A DNA stretch of 62,113 nt, filler included, from Choristocarpus tenellus KU-1152 (Eukaryota > Protista > Phaeophyceae): the NCBI GenBank assembly GCA_964200185.2. It is 9 parts of 9 records of this genome, joined end to end, with 100 filler letters (N's around TTAATTAATTAA, not from the genome) between each part and the next. Parts side by side here need not be neighbours in the genome. Positions count along the whole stretch, not along the records: positions 3,565 to 15,020 come from CAXNAD020002307.1; positions 15,121 to 20,840 come from CAXNAD020009915.1; positions 20,941 to 24,617 come from CAXNAD020018571.1; positions 24,718 to 32,679 come from CAXNAD020005333.1; 5 more parts are not named here. One strand, 5' to 3'. The translations under genes were made by a program, and so were the position numbers. The notes beneath the pieces were generated by a model. That model was not told the DNA's origin, made no database searches, and worked only from the letters and a program-made list of their open reading frames with translations. Positions within the stretch are counted from its first letter, which is position 1; every line of letters starts with the position of its first letter. This document shows positions 13,729-28,210 of the stretch, in pieces.

Positions 13729-15272
13729 CCTGCTACACAATGATGGATATGTTCCTATTACTATCTCTGGTCTTGAAACCTGTTCAATTCTCAATATCAT
13801 AAGTTACGACATTTTTCTTGTAATAGAGATAAGTTGATTCTAATCCAAGAAGATTATGGTGCACGCATGTCAAATCTGTGGTCATTTCACATACAACACT
13901 ATAGTGCCCCAGCTTCACACAGTGCAGCAGTGTGACGGCTTTGGTCCCACATTCTGGGGGGAGGAGAGGTCCTGTTCTAAATGAACTGGTGGGTAGGTAG
14001 TACCCAAAACATTGGTGTGCGCATACTCAGTGGTCCCCATTGACCAATCAACTTCTTCCTTTTGCTATGTTGTTCCATTGACCAATCAGCAACAATGCTT
14101 GACTGTTTCTGAGATAAGGGGGCTAGGAAGCCCGAAAGGCGACTTTGAAGTGCAGGTTCTGTAGTCCCTGTGTTTGTACAAGTCATACCCCAATGAGCCC
14201 CTTCCTTGTGCAACTCCTGCTAGAAGGGGTTCTCCCTGCAGTGCACGACAAGAGTGCCATAGTCTGACCTTTACAGTCCCTGTTCTAGGTGCACCACACT
14301 TCTTTGCAGATGAGGTTTGCTTTTGATGTCCAGGGTTCGAACCTCTGCATCACTGTCCCACCTACAGAAGGCTGTTTGTCCGAAAGACTTTGCGTCTTCT
14401 CAACTTCCTCCCTCCAAGGCCTGTTGAAGGAACTGATAGGACTGACTCTAAACAGCACTGTACATTAAATGTAAATGTTGAGATAACTTTCTTCAAGATA
14501 CAATATCTCAATCAGTGCTGCTGCTGGTACTGCTGGAAGTTCTAAAATATTTCTTACTGTGCAGCACTAGTATTTGTACCTTTGGTTCACAGATTTTAGT
14601 ATGATTTGTTGATAGCTCTCAGCTCAAGTAATCGCATTTGTTTAACTTGCTATCATGAGCATTGGTGCCCTAAAAGTCACCGTAATTTGTACTCCTATGG
14701 CTTCAATCATCTCTTGCTTTAAAAAACAAAATGATCACAAGGTAAGAAAGACAATCAAATACTACCACCAGTAGTAGTAATAATATGCTGTGGAATACAT
14801 AGAGAGTACATAATAAAAGTGCCTATGACCTCTCTTGCACCATGATAAGGTACTTGTATGTATATTTGTCTGTGCATATATTGCAATGGTTTCAGCTATT
14901 AATTGGGTATGCAGCTCTAGAGCTATTTCTGTGTGAACTGCAGACACCCTTGTGTAGACCACCCCTACAGCCCCCCCCCCCCCCATCCCATTGTTGTCAA
15001 CGATCAATGTTGTTGTGTGGNNNNNNNNNNNNNNNNNNNNNNNNNNNNNNNNNNNNNNNNNNNNTTAATTAATTAANNNNNNNNNNNNNNNNNNNNNNNN
15101 NNNNNNNNNNNNNNNNNNNNCCCCCCCGCCCCTTTTTTCTTCATTTGTATTATACGAGTTTTGAAATTGGTGAAAAAAAAAGAAGTAATCTTTGACTGTT
15201 CAGAAGGCGGACCGAGTTTAGCTCCTGGGTTGAAATTTCGCTGATTTATTACATATCTGAAGCAGTTATTGG

Positions 15273-15309
<37 letters not shown>

Positions 15310-15963
15310 GGTATTATTATTGGTATTGTTATTGGTATTGTTATTGATAGTATTCACAGTTTGGAAGTGTGGTATTAAACGATCTGACTTTTTCTGATGA
15401 TGATGCATGCCATTAAGAAAAAAAAAGTATATTATCTTCGTAGAGAGGATGTAAGACATTTGGAAGAGGGCAACGAGCACTTCTCACCTCCTTCGAGAAA
15501 TTGTTAGACCAAAACGGTACTTGCAATAAACTGTAATTGTGTATTTTTAATTGTTTTCTTTTGCTTTTGCCATCCTCAATATGCGCGCGTGCGTGTGTGG
15601 GGGGGAGGGATGCAGGGTGTCCGAACCAGCAGTTACAGGATGGCATAGCTCCGCCTGGAAGGTCTACGCGGATAATGATGCGTGCCATTTCATTCATACA
15701 GGTGAGTGTTAGCTAGGTACATATCGCACCCGCTCTTCCTCAGGTGCTTTGATTTTTGGCAGCGAAGGGTCCTCTGGAGGCGCATCTCAAGAGGTGCAGC
15801 TGTGTAGAGGGAGGTTTTGCACGCACTGTCGATTGGCTTTTTGCCTAAAACATCTAAGCAGAGAGAGAGAGAGAGAGAACTCGAGTAGAGTGCCGCCATG
15901 GTAGGAGTGTCATCCGTCCTTCTTCTGAGGTTCTAATCAGCTTCAGCAGGCAAGCAGTATTGC

Positions 15964-17923
15964 ATGGAACAAGTTCTTGTTTCCATGACAGTAAGTAGTA
16001 CACCCGTTGCCCCTGCATATACCAACTCGGAGTTGGAAGTACCCCGAGAGGGTGATGCCAGCGAGTAGTAAGGGGCCCCCTTTGACTTTCCTGTCAGCCC
16101 ACTTTTGTTTGGAGCACTCACTCACTCAGTACACAAGGTATTCGGTGGGCTTTGGCTGGGTTTATATGTACGTTGGCCTTTGCTGGAGGAAAGTTATCTA
16201 TCTCCTATCGATTGCCCTCTTTTTTTTTTCTTTTTTTTTTAAATGTCGTTTTACACGCTTAAAACAACAACAAAAAAGTTTGTGAGAAGTTTTGTGTTGC
16301 GGCAGACTCTTACGTACTTACTGCTCGACGAAATCAGACTTACTGCTCGACGAAATCTCCGATCTCTTCCCCCAAACCCTCCCGTATTGATTGGTCGCCA
16401 CACCGTCGATCTCGCCGACCCTCCTTTGCCCCAGCCAGCACAATGAACCCATGTTCCGCATACTCTCATCTGCAAGCTGCTTTGCTTTGGCAGTAGGTCT
16501 ATCCCCCGCCCCTCACGACCCCCTGTCTCTGGGTTCAGGTCTTGGTGATTGGACCAGTCGCACTGGCTCTTACGGTGGTGTTCTCCGTTGGGTGCTGCTG
16601 TATCCTTCCATGCTTTGGCCAGCCTCCTCGGCAGCTGTTTTCGGGGTGCTTCTCAACCTGGGGGAATATGGTGGTGTTTCTTCTGCTGTCGCCTGTTGCC
16701 TTTGTGTTTGTTGTCATCCTCTTCGCCGTGTGAGTCTCCAAGCAGGCCGCCCCTTCCTGTGTTCCCAGCATGCGTGTGAATAGAAGTTGTAGGTACTTGG
16801 ATGGCTTTTTTTTGGCGCAAAAAAAATATGCATGGCTTTTTGAGCTCGTGGAGTTGTTGGCAGTATAGGCAGTGATCTGCTCTTGATGCATTTTTTGTTT
16901 AGTACTGTATATATATATATCTTATCAGCGCTTGTATCATGGATTGGGGTTAGGGTTATGATTGTGTATTGTGTATGTAACCTCCAGGGACAAGGTGTGC
17001 TTTTTTGGATGTGGAAGGATAGAGGAATGGTAGGACTTGATCAGGTCGTATTGAATCAGATGTGAACTATCAACCCCATGATACCAAAACACCTCATTAT
17101 GATGGGAAACGTTTGGAGTAGGTATGAACTAGACCTGTATCAGTATTATCGCCACAGGTGGTTGTTGCACTTGGAGATTTGAAACGGCGAGAGTGATCCT
17201 ATCTCCTCATTCACCTTGAGAGTTGAGAGTAGAGTTCAATGAGCTTGTTCTCACTTTGTTCTTTTGGCTGGAGGGAACAAAGGGGAGACCAAGAGCAATG
17301 TCATTGTATTTAGTACTTGTTAGTGTGATAGACACACACACACACACTGCAGTCACGAGCTATGGGGTATGGTGGTGGACTACTGTCCAGCACAACTAAG
17401 AAATGTCTTGTCACGATTGTGTCCCATAACTCCATTGCTCTCCTGCTTTGCCCATCAAAACCGAAACTGTTCCGTCAGGTACCTAATCTCTCTCCCCCTG
17501 AGGCTGGTAAGGATGGGTATGTCCCCAGCAAATGGCCAGCAGTCCGAGGAGGCAGTGGTAGGAACTGCAGGGATGGAGGGACAAGAGGGTGGGGATGAAA
17601 ATGCCACAACAGGTAGCAAGCCAGACACTCTTGTTGAAACTTCCTCCACTCCCTCTACATTAAATGCAATGTTTGACTTGGAGAAGGAGGCTGCACGTAT
17701 TGAGAAAGAGGTGGAGACTAAAACAGGTGTATCAGGAGGGGAAGTTGGAGAGGCTGGGGAGGGGGCAGGGGGGGGAGCAGAAGAAGAACAACCCCGTGCT
17801 GGGGAGGACCTGGGTGTACAGGTGAAAGACTTGGAGAGTGGTGTAGGTGGAGAAGTCCACCTCAAACCATGGAAAGAGTACCAACTCGAACAAGCTCTTG
17901 AAGAAGTGGACAAGGTTGTATGA
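15964..17923 (+). CDS. Putative orphan protein (~234 aa): two hydrophobic, Cys-rich segments plus an acidic Gly/Glu-rich tail; exons 15964-15990, 16539-16729, 16988-17029, 17479-17923
   Basis: Phase-compatible GT-AG junctions give MEQVLVSMT/VLVIGPVALALTVVFSVGCCCILPCF...VFVVILFAV/DKVCFFGCGRIEEW/YLISLPLRLVRMGMSPANG...EQALEEVDKVV*. I recognise no family. Confidence 0.45.
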
Positions 17924-18100
17924 TGATTGTTGAAGGTTGAATGGAACTGCGTGTTGATGAAATTTCTTTGGTTGGAGGTGGTAGATGCACAGCCGATAGG
18001 ACCTGCTATCTCCTCCTTCACGTTGCACAGGCATTGGTCCATAGGTTTTGTAACAGATGCGATCTCGAGGAGAGAGTGGCATTGTTGTGATTCCCATGCC

Positions 18101-18162
<62 letters not shown>

Positions 18163-19314
18163 TTAATTATTGTATGCTTTGTCTTAGTCGTTTTAAGAAG
18201 CATTTTATTAGGAAGGTCGCCGCAAAGCAATTGATCCCTGTTGAATTTGTTCATCTCATCATATTTTGTAGTCTGTTATGTAGTATTGCATGGGTACGCC
18301 ACACTGCTTGTTTTAGAGCTCTCTATTGAGCTTATCTATCGAGCGATTTTCTTATATGTTCTTGGCGTGTGTTTGATTTTTGCATTTTGTGTTGTGTATT
18401 TTTTATAACCACCTATCGATTGAGCTGTTGTGTGTGGGTTATGTTTTATGTTGTATAAATTCATGGAGGTAAAACGATGATAGAGGGTGAGTTTCAGGGG
18501 AGATTTGCTGTCACCCTGTAAAAGTTTGCCTATTTTTATCAAAGGGCATATAGAGTGATCGATGACTTTCATAGTCAGTGCATGTCATGAGGTAGTTCTT
18601 CATCCAATTGAGACTTTTGATCTGTAGGGCAACCAGACCCTCAGGGCATGCTCAACTTACAGGTCAGATACATAGTTTTGGTCGACCTAAATTATATCAT
18701 GGGGACAACTGTAGTACTCCATAGCATTGTGGAACTCGATACACTATGGTAAAAATGTAACCAAATGTTAATGATACTACGAGCAAATGCTTTTGAATTG
18801 TAGAGGATACCAATCAATCTCTGCAAGTCACAAGAAGTGGATTATGTTTTTATGGTTAAGAGAGAGTGAGATCTAGTGCTTGTTGCTGCTGCTGGCTCTG
18901 TTCTCCCTGACTGTGGTCACAACAATCTATCCTTTGAAAATCACCCCAAGAAGCTGCTGCCTGGTATGTGACAGTCTTGTAATGCAACCATGTTCCTGCA
19001 TCAAAGCAGTGCCCAACAGCTCCAATCAAACAAAAACATTGCGCTCCGCCTGGAACTGTCTGGCCTGCCTGCCCCTCCCTGCTAAGTTGAGTGACCAAAG
19101 GAGAAATGTGACCTAGTGGATGGGTTGCCACCATTGGAAATAGTATGATGTCCTCATCCCACACACCTTTTACTGTTACATGTGTGAGAGGCCCAAGTGT
19201 GGGTTTCAACTATTTGGTGTGAGTTACCTCTTTGTTTAGTGAACCGAATCACTGGGAAAAAAAAGTTTTTGTGAATTAGATTGGTTGAATTTTTTGTTCA
19301 TGTACTTGCTGTTG

Positions 19315-19493
19315 GACCCAAAGTATCTGGGGAGGTGGGGGGGGTCTACACGAGGGTGTCCATTGGACCAAACTCAGGAAAGGTGCATTTGCATTATCCA
19401 TCCGACGTATGGCAACCAAATCACACAAAAATCGCGATATGAAAAATTGACCCCAAATGGACAGCCACCACCCCCTCCCAGATACTTTGAGCC
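19315..19493. mobile_element. MITE subfamily A
   Basis: Same TIRs and core as the copy at 4108; flanks TTG/TTG. Confidence 0.88.
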
Positions 19494-20940
19494 TTGCCTT
19501 AGGTCTTGAACAAAAACTAATACACCACTGACCGCCTCACCCTTCCCCTCCCTCTCCAGCTCATGATAAGCTTCTATGTTCCCAGTGTTGGAGCTCTGTA
19601 GTAGGTGATTACTTGGATTAGTTGATGACTTGAAAAAGATGCAATTTGTCATCTTGGATTTGCTAAAACAATATAATGATCGAGAATACAGTCATTGTTT
19701 CCCTCATGTAGTATTTATGTATATATATATATATAAATACACTTTGAAAGAAGCATCAATTGCCAGCCCTCAAGCTTCATTGATATTGTGGACTCCCCCA
19801 CCACCCTAACAGTACAAATCCTAACCAGGCACCATCACTCAATACAGATCATCAAGTGATCCTTGAGCTTGCTTGATGTGTGTCATCCATGCTCTCCAAA
19901 TTACAACCCCCCCAAATGATGTTCCTATTGGATTTTAATTCAATCAAATCACTATGATTCAAAATACTTCACATTTATTACTCTTGTATGGAAGGAAGCA
20001 CCACTGAGCCAAAGTCTCCTCAATCAAAGGCAATTTCTTTGAAACTCAATAGCAATGTGAAATTTTCAATGTTCTCATACACACAGCTCCCTAAAATAAG
20101 ATCAGGAGATGACAGAGAGGTCTTCGTGATATTTTAGACAGAAGACAAAAATCGAGTTGCTCAATTCCCTATGGAAATCGACCACACACACACACACACA
20201 CACACACACAAGATACACATCACCTTTTCAATACCTCTCTTTCAAGGTTTTGCTTCTTTTCCTATCTCTTCCTGGGTGCATAGTACCATATCACACATGT
20301 GTACGAGGTGACTGACATTACAAAGCAGTTGCAAAGTAGCTTTATGACTTGCCCAAGAACGTAGGACACCATCAGTGTTGGATAACAAACAGGCTTAAGG
20401 TGACTGACTGCAAGTAAGCAAAATAACTTCCTGGGGTGATAGGCAGGTCCTCCTCCTTCATTGGTTAGATCATTACTTAACCTACTCACACAACCTTCTT
20501 AAGTGCTTCCAGTCATGCACTAAAACTTGACAACCACGATACATTCTTGTACTTTTGAGTCACAAATAGCACTATAGCAACCTGTTCAAAGCAGCGTTGC
20601 TCTGAGCATAACTAAAGTGTGGGGTGTGTAGACATGCCTCAATTAATTGGTAGTGTGTGAGAGAGAACGGGCAGCAGTTCGACCCACTCTATATCTTCCC
20701 ACACATTAACACCAATAAACAAGTGTAAGTCACACACACAATGAGGAACAATAACAAAACCAGAGAGCACCAAACCATTGCTACCCTCCCCCCCCCCCCC
20801 CAGATCCCTTGACCCTATCTCCCCCAAATAGATACTTGCANNNNNNNNNNNNNNNNNNNNNNNNNNNNNNNNNNNNNNNNNNNNTTAATTAATTAANNNN
20901 NNNNNNNNNNNNNNNNNNNNNNNNNNNNNNNNNNNNNNNN

Positions 20941-21127
20941 TTTCCAGATTTTGGTCCAAATGGACACCCTTGTGTACACCCCCCCCCCCTCCCAGATACT
21001 TTGGGTCTTATCCATCTGATGCATGCAACCAAATCACACAAAAATTGCGACATGGGAAAATGAACCCCGGAATGGACAGCCACCCCCTCCCCCCCCCCAC
21101 CCCCACCCCCCCTAGATACTTTGAACC
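20941..21127. mobile_element. MITE subfamily A, rearranged and cut by gap
   Basis: Two CCCAGATACTTTG-type ends and the core CAACCAAATCACACAAAAAT. Confidence 0.75.
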
Positions 21128-21339
21128 ACAGGTTAGTACATACAGAGAAGTGAATAACAGTCCAATAGCTACGTAGTATGTACAGGCAAATAATGTGGAT
21201 GATCACAAATCCCAAATTATAGGAAAAGGCTGTGTGTCTCGCCCCCCCCTGTTCAGTCAGCCAGTCAGAGAATGAGTCCATAAGCCACTTGTAACCCAAT
21301 ATACACATATTCACACACCAAACCAAACTATCCTGTACC

Positions 21340-24300
21340 AGTGCATCGTCTTGAGTACAGGTCTCATGGGGAGATATCTAACAGAATAAGCCCCACAGCC
21401 CTTTTATGACCTGTCGGCTCATATTGGTGGTGATATCAGCTTCATCACTGAATGTGCCCCCAAGGTAAACGCACGTTCTTGTGAGTCTCTGCTCATGGAA
21501 TAGCTCTGACCCGAAGCCTGGAATGCCTGTATAATTATAAAATAATGCCCAAGTCACGTGGTTTGCATCTTCAGCTCAACACAGCAACCACACTTCTGTT
21601 CCTCACTGAGTTCTCCCATTCTAAGTAAGATATTACCTACTCTCAGTTATATTCTCAAACAGTTTGGCCAAGACGGTACAGCGATGGATCATATGAGAAT
21701 GAGGAACCCCATATGTTCTAAAAAAACGGAGAATGGTAGCTATTAAGCAGGCTAGAGGTGCGAAGCGGTGGATATTTGCACCTCCAAACCATCATCAAAT
21801 CTTCCCCCCTTCCCTTCTTTCCCCTAACCCCTAAACTTCTATCCATAGTCCAACATCCTCTGCGCAGATTGTTGAGGAAACGGCAGACCCAGAAATGTGA
21901 CTTGTTTGATGCTGTTTGGCAGAGGGCCCTGGCACATGATGTCTTCACCACTTGTTTAGAACTCCCTGATGGCCACACTTTGAAGATCAAAGTTGTGCAC
22001 AGGCCCGCACACTTAGCTCAATATAAAGCTGTGCACAGTGTTGAAACCTGTGATCAAATGAATCGGCCTTATTGTGCTGTGACAGGTTGGTAGGGAAAAG
22101 GGGTCATGGTGCAGTGAATACCGGTGAATTGTTGTGATGAACCTGGTGATATGCTGCTCATAGTCAGAGGTTCTTTGCTAGGAGATAGTGGGTATTAGTT
22201 GAGACGCTTAAAAAAAGAGATACATGCTCTCTGTTGTGTAGAGGTACACTTAGTGCATAGGGAACTCGATGTCTTCAGTGTTCAAATACAGGCTACTCAT
22301 TTGATTTGTTCTTGATACGATACAATATCACCAGTTCATACTGAATGTTGATTTGTCCATTGTACTGGTCGTTAGTTCCACTCACATCCCTAACTTCATC
22401 ACAACATCAATCCTCTTTTAGAACACCACAGTATATAGGAAGCATACCAACAGTCGCTACCTATCACACATACAGGCATAATATGTGTCACGAGTACTGC
22501 CAGATATTGATTCAAGTTTGTTTTCCTCGTTTCTTCTTTTTTCCTTCACTTTCTTCAGATCAGAAGTCTTCAGTTGTACATCATGAGTTGATTTTTTTTT
22601 CTGGGCTGGGATTGCCCCTTCATAATACATCGTGCTCACTCTGCACTACGTGTACCTGATACACACCGGGATACAATATAATCAGAGTTAAAACATCCTC
22701 ATAAACCCTTCTCGGTCAAGGTGAGAAGCCTCTCCACAGACCATACATTTCTTCGTTTGAGCGTCTCAATGAATAACCCCATTCTTACAAAAACCATCAT
22801 CTGATTGAACATAACATGTCGTCAGATCTACCAGAACAAATTCACTGGTGTTATGTTGGACTATGATGCCCTTCGCCACAAGCTAGCCACAGCACAACCA
22901 AGGAGAACACATACGAACTCAGCCTTTCAACATTAAGTGGGGGCAGAGACAACCAGAGAAAAATGGATGGTCAATATATGTGACACAACTGATGGTTCTA
23001 ATGTGAAGATCAAAGAAAAGAAAGTAACTTGAATCAATGCCTGGGACAATTCATATGGCACATGCTATACTTTATGTTTGACAGATATATATACTGACTG
23101 TTCCATACTTCCTGTCAACCATGTACCATCCCCTGATCCACTACCTTTTTTGCAGCAGTTCAAGTGCGCTGTCAACGCCATCCTCATGCAAAAAATACTA
23201 ACCAAGATTGTGATGAGCTGATTTGTGTGTATGTGCATTTTGGCGCATTGCAGAGGATCATTCCTCAACCCACCCAATCATGATCCAAATCCGTCTCCTG
23301 ACCAGTAGTACTTACAATGCAATCTTAACCATGAAGCTATTTCAACGGGTGTTATGAATACTGTAATATCTACCTTTGTCCTCCCCTTCCCTCCCCCGCT
23401 GTCATCATTTTTTTCCCCGATACAATGAGGCAGTCGAGGCATAGCCGCTACATATCAGATGATCACCAAGACCTCCTTAGAGTTACTCTCTCTCTCTCTT
23501 TGTGACATCCTGCGATCCTTGAGGGGGTTTGATAAGTGGTGGAAGGGTTCAAATGGCCCCAGGACAGCCTGGGTGGCGAGAGGATTTTGTTACCAGTATT
23601 GCTAGAAGGTGATAATGTGATGATGAGGATGATATTTGAGGCTCCATCTGGTACTGAACCATCCTTATGGATGGTGGATGCTCTTTAGTTTTCTTTTGTT
23701 GTACGACAGAAGAATGCAATGTTGAAACGAGACCTTCAAAACTAGAACATTCTCTGTTTTCAAGCAAGTGATTACAGTAGCAAGTCCAGTGCTTGTGGCA
23801 AGTGTGAAGTGATGGTTCAAGTATCATGGGGCGTGTGTGGCCCTTGCTCATAGTTTCACTGTCACATGTGGTGTTGAAGTCTACTTCTGAAATTGGTTAC
23901 AATAGTGTATCTGTTTGATTATTTTGCTTGTAAGAAAATTCCACCTAGTGCCTCCCACTTACCTCTGGATCGTACGAAATCCTGTTGCCAATACTTGAAA
24001 AATTTCGTATTCTCATTGGATTGTTTTTTCAACAGAGTAGTTGGGGCAAGTGCCTAAGAACTAAAAGATGCTGTTAATGTAACACGACTCACTGCACCGA
24101 TAGATTTCCAGGCACCGATAACAAAAAACATATTACCGTGTTAGATGTGTACTTGACCAAAGAAAACATCAACTTATGAGTGCTCATCAGAATATAGGAA
24201 TGGCAGGAGGTGAAGAGACAGACACATTCAGAAATACATTCTTTCACCAAATTCAATATCAGTTCATCTCTCCCCCACCCCAGATACAGGCCCCATCAAG

Positions 24301-24490
24301 AACGGGGTCCAGCTCCTGGCAAAGAGGGGATAATGTTAGCTATCAAGGGACCAGTGCCCTAATGGTCAGTACAGATCAGGATCTCAATCTTGGTGTCAGT
24401 ATCTGTTTTGAACCCATGGGCAAGGGCAATGGAAGCTGCAACAACTACACGGGCAACAGGGACAGCAGCTTGGCTCCTAGAAGTGATGAG
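21340..24490 (+). pseudogene. Exon-like stretches of an unidentified, probably decayed gene
   Basis: Coding-like segments end at GT donors (~21360-21464, ~21850-22086, ~24284-24490). At least one has an in-frame stop, and a solo LTR lies between them. No recognisable domain. Confidence 0.2.
22279..22932. mobile_element. Solo LTR (family 1)
   Basis: TGTT...CAACA termini with a near-perfect 5-bp TSD (TTCAG/TTAAG). Homologous sequence recurs at ~32246-32679, ~37760-37950, ~38260-38780 and ~38965-39217. Confidence 0.7.
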
Positions 24491-24717
24491 GTGGGGTATT
24501 TTGCCTTTGCTGTTCCTATCACCAGATGGATGTAGACTTTGAAGAAGGGGCTTTGGAATTGGTGTAGAAAAAGGTGTACAACCATATTGCCTTGCAAGAT
24601 CTGTTCTGTTCTTTGTTNNNNNNNNNNNNNNNNNNNNNNNNNNNNNNNNNNNNNNNNNNNNTTAATTAATTAANNNNNNNNNNNNNNNNNNNNNNNNNNN
24701 NNNNNNNNNNNNNNNNN

Positions 24718-26235
24718 ATGGGGAAAACGTAGTGGAGCTTGAAGGCGGGCAGCTAATGAAGCTTCATCAATAATACCCAGCATTCGTTCAGCAACCCCAT
24801 TAAATTGAGGGCTGTCTGTAGGTGTAAACCTCCTGTTTTATCCCACGATCACGACAAAGAGTGCTTAAAGCACCCTCATAAAATTCCCCCCCGTTGTCAG
24901 ACCGCACACACATGACCCGAGAGGGAGTACCATCAGCCCGGATATCGGCCAGGTACCTCTTGATGGCTTTGGTGGCATCCGACTTAGCACAAAGGAAATA
25001 CAACCAAACAAAAGGAGAATAGTCGTCTCGGATTATCATGGTGTATTGTTTACCACCGATTGAAAGGGTAGCCCTCTTCCCACTTAGATCGACAAAACCC
25101 CAATCCAGCTTTCTTGCCTCCCTTGAAGACGTGCTGGACCGGACGCCCTTCCGTATATCCTTGCTCATAGAGCAGCCCGCACATGGCTCCAGCTCACCCA
25201 CCAATGTAATGATCATTGAAGTGGCGGTGGAATTGAGCAATGCCTCGTGTGCGTGGCCATAAGAGCAGTAACAGAGGTTAATGTCGACGCCGGTGTGGGG
25301 AGCAAGAGGTGCAAGTGTGGGGGCTATAGTGGCCTTTAAAGCAAGTACAGCATTTCGACCTGGTCGCGGCAATATGCGTTGACCATGGAGGGTGTAATGA
25401 CAACCAGGATCTCTTCTGAGGATAAATATTCCATCTAACAACGAGAATTCACCGGCTGTGAAAATGCCTTTCGTGCCCTTTTCAGCTGCTGCTTGGCAAG
25501 AAAAAAGATTGAATCCAAGATCTGGGACATGGGTGACATTCTGAAGGAGTATTTCTACCTCTCCTTATTGTCACGTGATGGAACCAAGATGGTTAGATCA
25601 CCATGACCAGCGATGCAAAAGGATTTTGGCTGGCAGTGACTACCCTTTCATTTCCAATGCAAGGCTTGTAATTTGTCGTGTGTGTTATCGTATTTGTCAT
25701 GTGACATGAAGCCGCACTTTCCAAAATCCATTCTTCTTTCTCGCGGCCAACCCCAACACTTGACACAAAACATTCGTTTTCCTCACACCTGCCTGGAGCA
25801 TTGCTGCGCGGAGAGTCCTTAGTGGCGGCCAGTAGTGCGTATCGCTAGTTGTCGCCGCAGCTGGTGATACTTTCCACGGTAATGTGGGAAAGATTCGCCT
25901 CGGTCTCGATCTCTTCTTTCCCAGACTGCACCGTAGTCATGAACACCGAAGTACATGTTGTGACATCATGGGCACGTCTACCATACTTGGTGCATATGCG
26001 GTTTGGGCAAGCTATCTTCTCATGTCCATACTTACTACACCTCTCACAAGGAATCTTCTCGGAACGTTTAGGGTTGGAATTAGAACCATTTTTCTTTCTT
26101 CCACCATTAAATTTACGTTTGACCCCGCGACCTTGGCCGTTGCGATGAGACTGACCCTTCCCTCGTGATGAGCTGTTAATAACCAAAGCATGACTGTTCT
26201 TGTGTCTTGAGTCCTTCCCCAGATGAAGGTAGCAC
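24718..26235 (-). mobile_element. Ty1/copia retrotransposon remnant (gag zinc knuckle, protease, integrase), degenerate, cut by gap
   Basis: CCHC knuckle CERCSKYGHEKIAC; decayed protease motif EEWILESAASCHM (~25700-25740); integrase core VDLSG..YTMIIRDDYS..VRSDNGGEF..RGIKQE. Contains stops and frameshifts. Confidence 0.9.
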
Positions 26236-27380
26236 ATATCACTCCAAAGAAAATGCCATCACATCAAATCTGTCACAGCACACTGCCTCAGTGCCGACAC
26301 TGACTCCAACACGTACCACCCCTCCCCTTACACGCACAATCACCACAACCCTTGAGATTGGACGGACAGGGATGCAGACAGCACAGCAACACGTATACAA
26401 AACTTCTATACATTGACACGTTCCGCACACAGGAGATAGTTCACCTTCCGGCTTACAGATCGACCGTGCAGGACAACACGACCCACATGTCCCAAACCTC
26501 AGTGGCATAAAGTCTATGCATACAGGCTCTTCATTGATCGGCTCACCACCGAAGACTCCCGTACGTTGATATACACCAAACTGTCGTGCTACTGCACGAA
26601 CTGTTCCATCGGCAACCTGACCCAACGCAGGAGGCAACTAACCCATGTGCCCCCGCTTAAGGAGATAGACCTCGGATTTTCCACGGAAGCAGGAACGGGT
26701 GATAAGTATCTGAGAAGTCAGCTGTCAAGGAAGAAGAGACAGCTCGTTGAGGGGAACATATGCTTTGTGCGGACGCAGCCATCGGAGTAAGATGGTATAG
26801 AGTTCTTGCCGTTCACTGTCCACCGCAAGGACACGATTCAATGGAACGCCAGGTACCACTCCAGCTACGAAGGGATGTTCAGTGCTGGAGATGAGGCCGT
26901 CTTTGTAACTGAAGACTTGAGGTACTGAGTGCTAACTTTGTTGATGCAGTGCCAACTATTCACATGTCATGGATGGATAAGGTGAGAAAAACTTCTTAGT
27001 GCTTCTAAGAGAACAATGCCCCACACGAGTGAATCCACGCTGTCCACACGTACAGATGTCACATATCTCCTGATATCCCCTCTAACCCAAATAAATTCCT
27101 CCCATAACGTCCAACCCTGACATCCAAGCCAGTGGCATTTCTTCTCCAATCTTCTGCAATGGCTATCGTCAACTTTCACATAATATTTTTCAAATTCCGT
27201 AGGGCAAATAAGTGTATCTCATTCTTTCATTTCGCTGTCTAAGTGCATCCTTTATCCTACATAAAACTATCAATTTCTCAAAAAGATCAACAAACAACAC
27301 CTCTATACAACCAAAGAAGGTCATCACGCGCAAACACATGCCAATAGTCCTTACACACCAACACAGTCCCTGCAACGAAC

Positions 27381-28210
27381 ATGTCTGTGGTGATACAGGA
27401 CGCACAACCGGGTACCTGCGCCGTGTCCCTTCAAGCTATCATCATCTCAGACTTCACAGACATCGACCACAACCACCTAGACAACACATTCACGATCCTG
27501 CCTTGTCAACACCATACGTTGACCTCGGAATCCAACCGGCAATCCCTCGGTGGGATACCTGCTCGCTTCTCTAGACAATTCAAACTTGGGGACACATCCG
27601 ACTCCAGGTTCGGTCAAGGAACCAACTTCATCCTACGCGCGAGTGGGGGGGTTATCGTAGAGGGGAAGGTCAGCGATGTTCACATAGACGGTTCAGGGGC
27701 GTACATTTACTCAGTGCTCTACCTTCCAGACGATGGCGAAAAATCTTTGCCCCCTCAACTGAGGCCGTATATGACAGAGGACGAGATCGAGGAGGGTGTC
27801 AACCAACTTCGAGAGAAGAACAAGAGGGACAGTGACGAGGCTGCAGCCCTGTGTGTCAGACAACGCCGCCGTTCGATTTTTGACCGCCAGCACAAGCGTA
27901 GGGACATGGAGAAGGATTCAGAGAAATATATACTCCTTGAACCGACACTGAGGGCTGTGCCAGATTTAGATGAGGGAGAAACACTCAATGCGAGTGCCAA
28001 GGGCAGAGGACTATACTTCAGGTGGGACGATCAGTGGATGCGAGGGACCGTGACCAAGTACCAGCCCCACTACACGGTGAAAGTTGGAAAGGAGCGAGTC
28101 AGCTACCCCTACGAGGTTAAATGGGAGAATGGCGACTTGCGAAATATCCAGCTTCTTTGTGGAACGATGCAGCATTGACCAAGACGCTCCTACACCGGCC
28201 TGGTTCTGGA
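27381..28210 (+). CDS. ORF with two Tudor/SH3-like beta-barrel segments around an acidic/basic linker; probably transposon-associated, frameshifted near the 3' end
   Basis: 265-aa ORF. Segments GVIVEGKVSDVHIDGSGAYIYSVLY..DG and LYFRWDDQWMRGTVTKY...YEVKWENGD resemble the Tudor pattern (W..G.V...Y.V.W/Y.DG). Judged by eye only. Confidence 0.45.

Noticed and set aside
14320-14355. GGTTCGAACC, a tRNA T-loop/B-box-like motif (similar one at ~53720 on the minus strand)
   Set aside because: No A-box, D-arm or acceptor stem could be built around it.
18600-20500. Possible Helitron/PIF1 remnants
   Set aside because: Only vague resemblance; no diagnostic Rep or helicase motifs.
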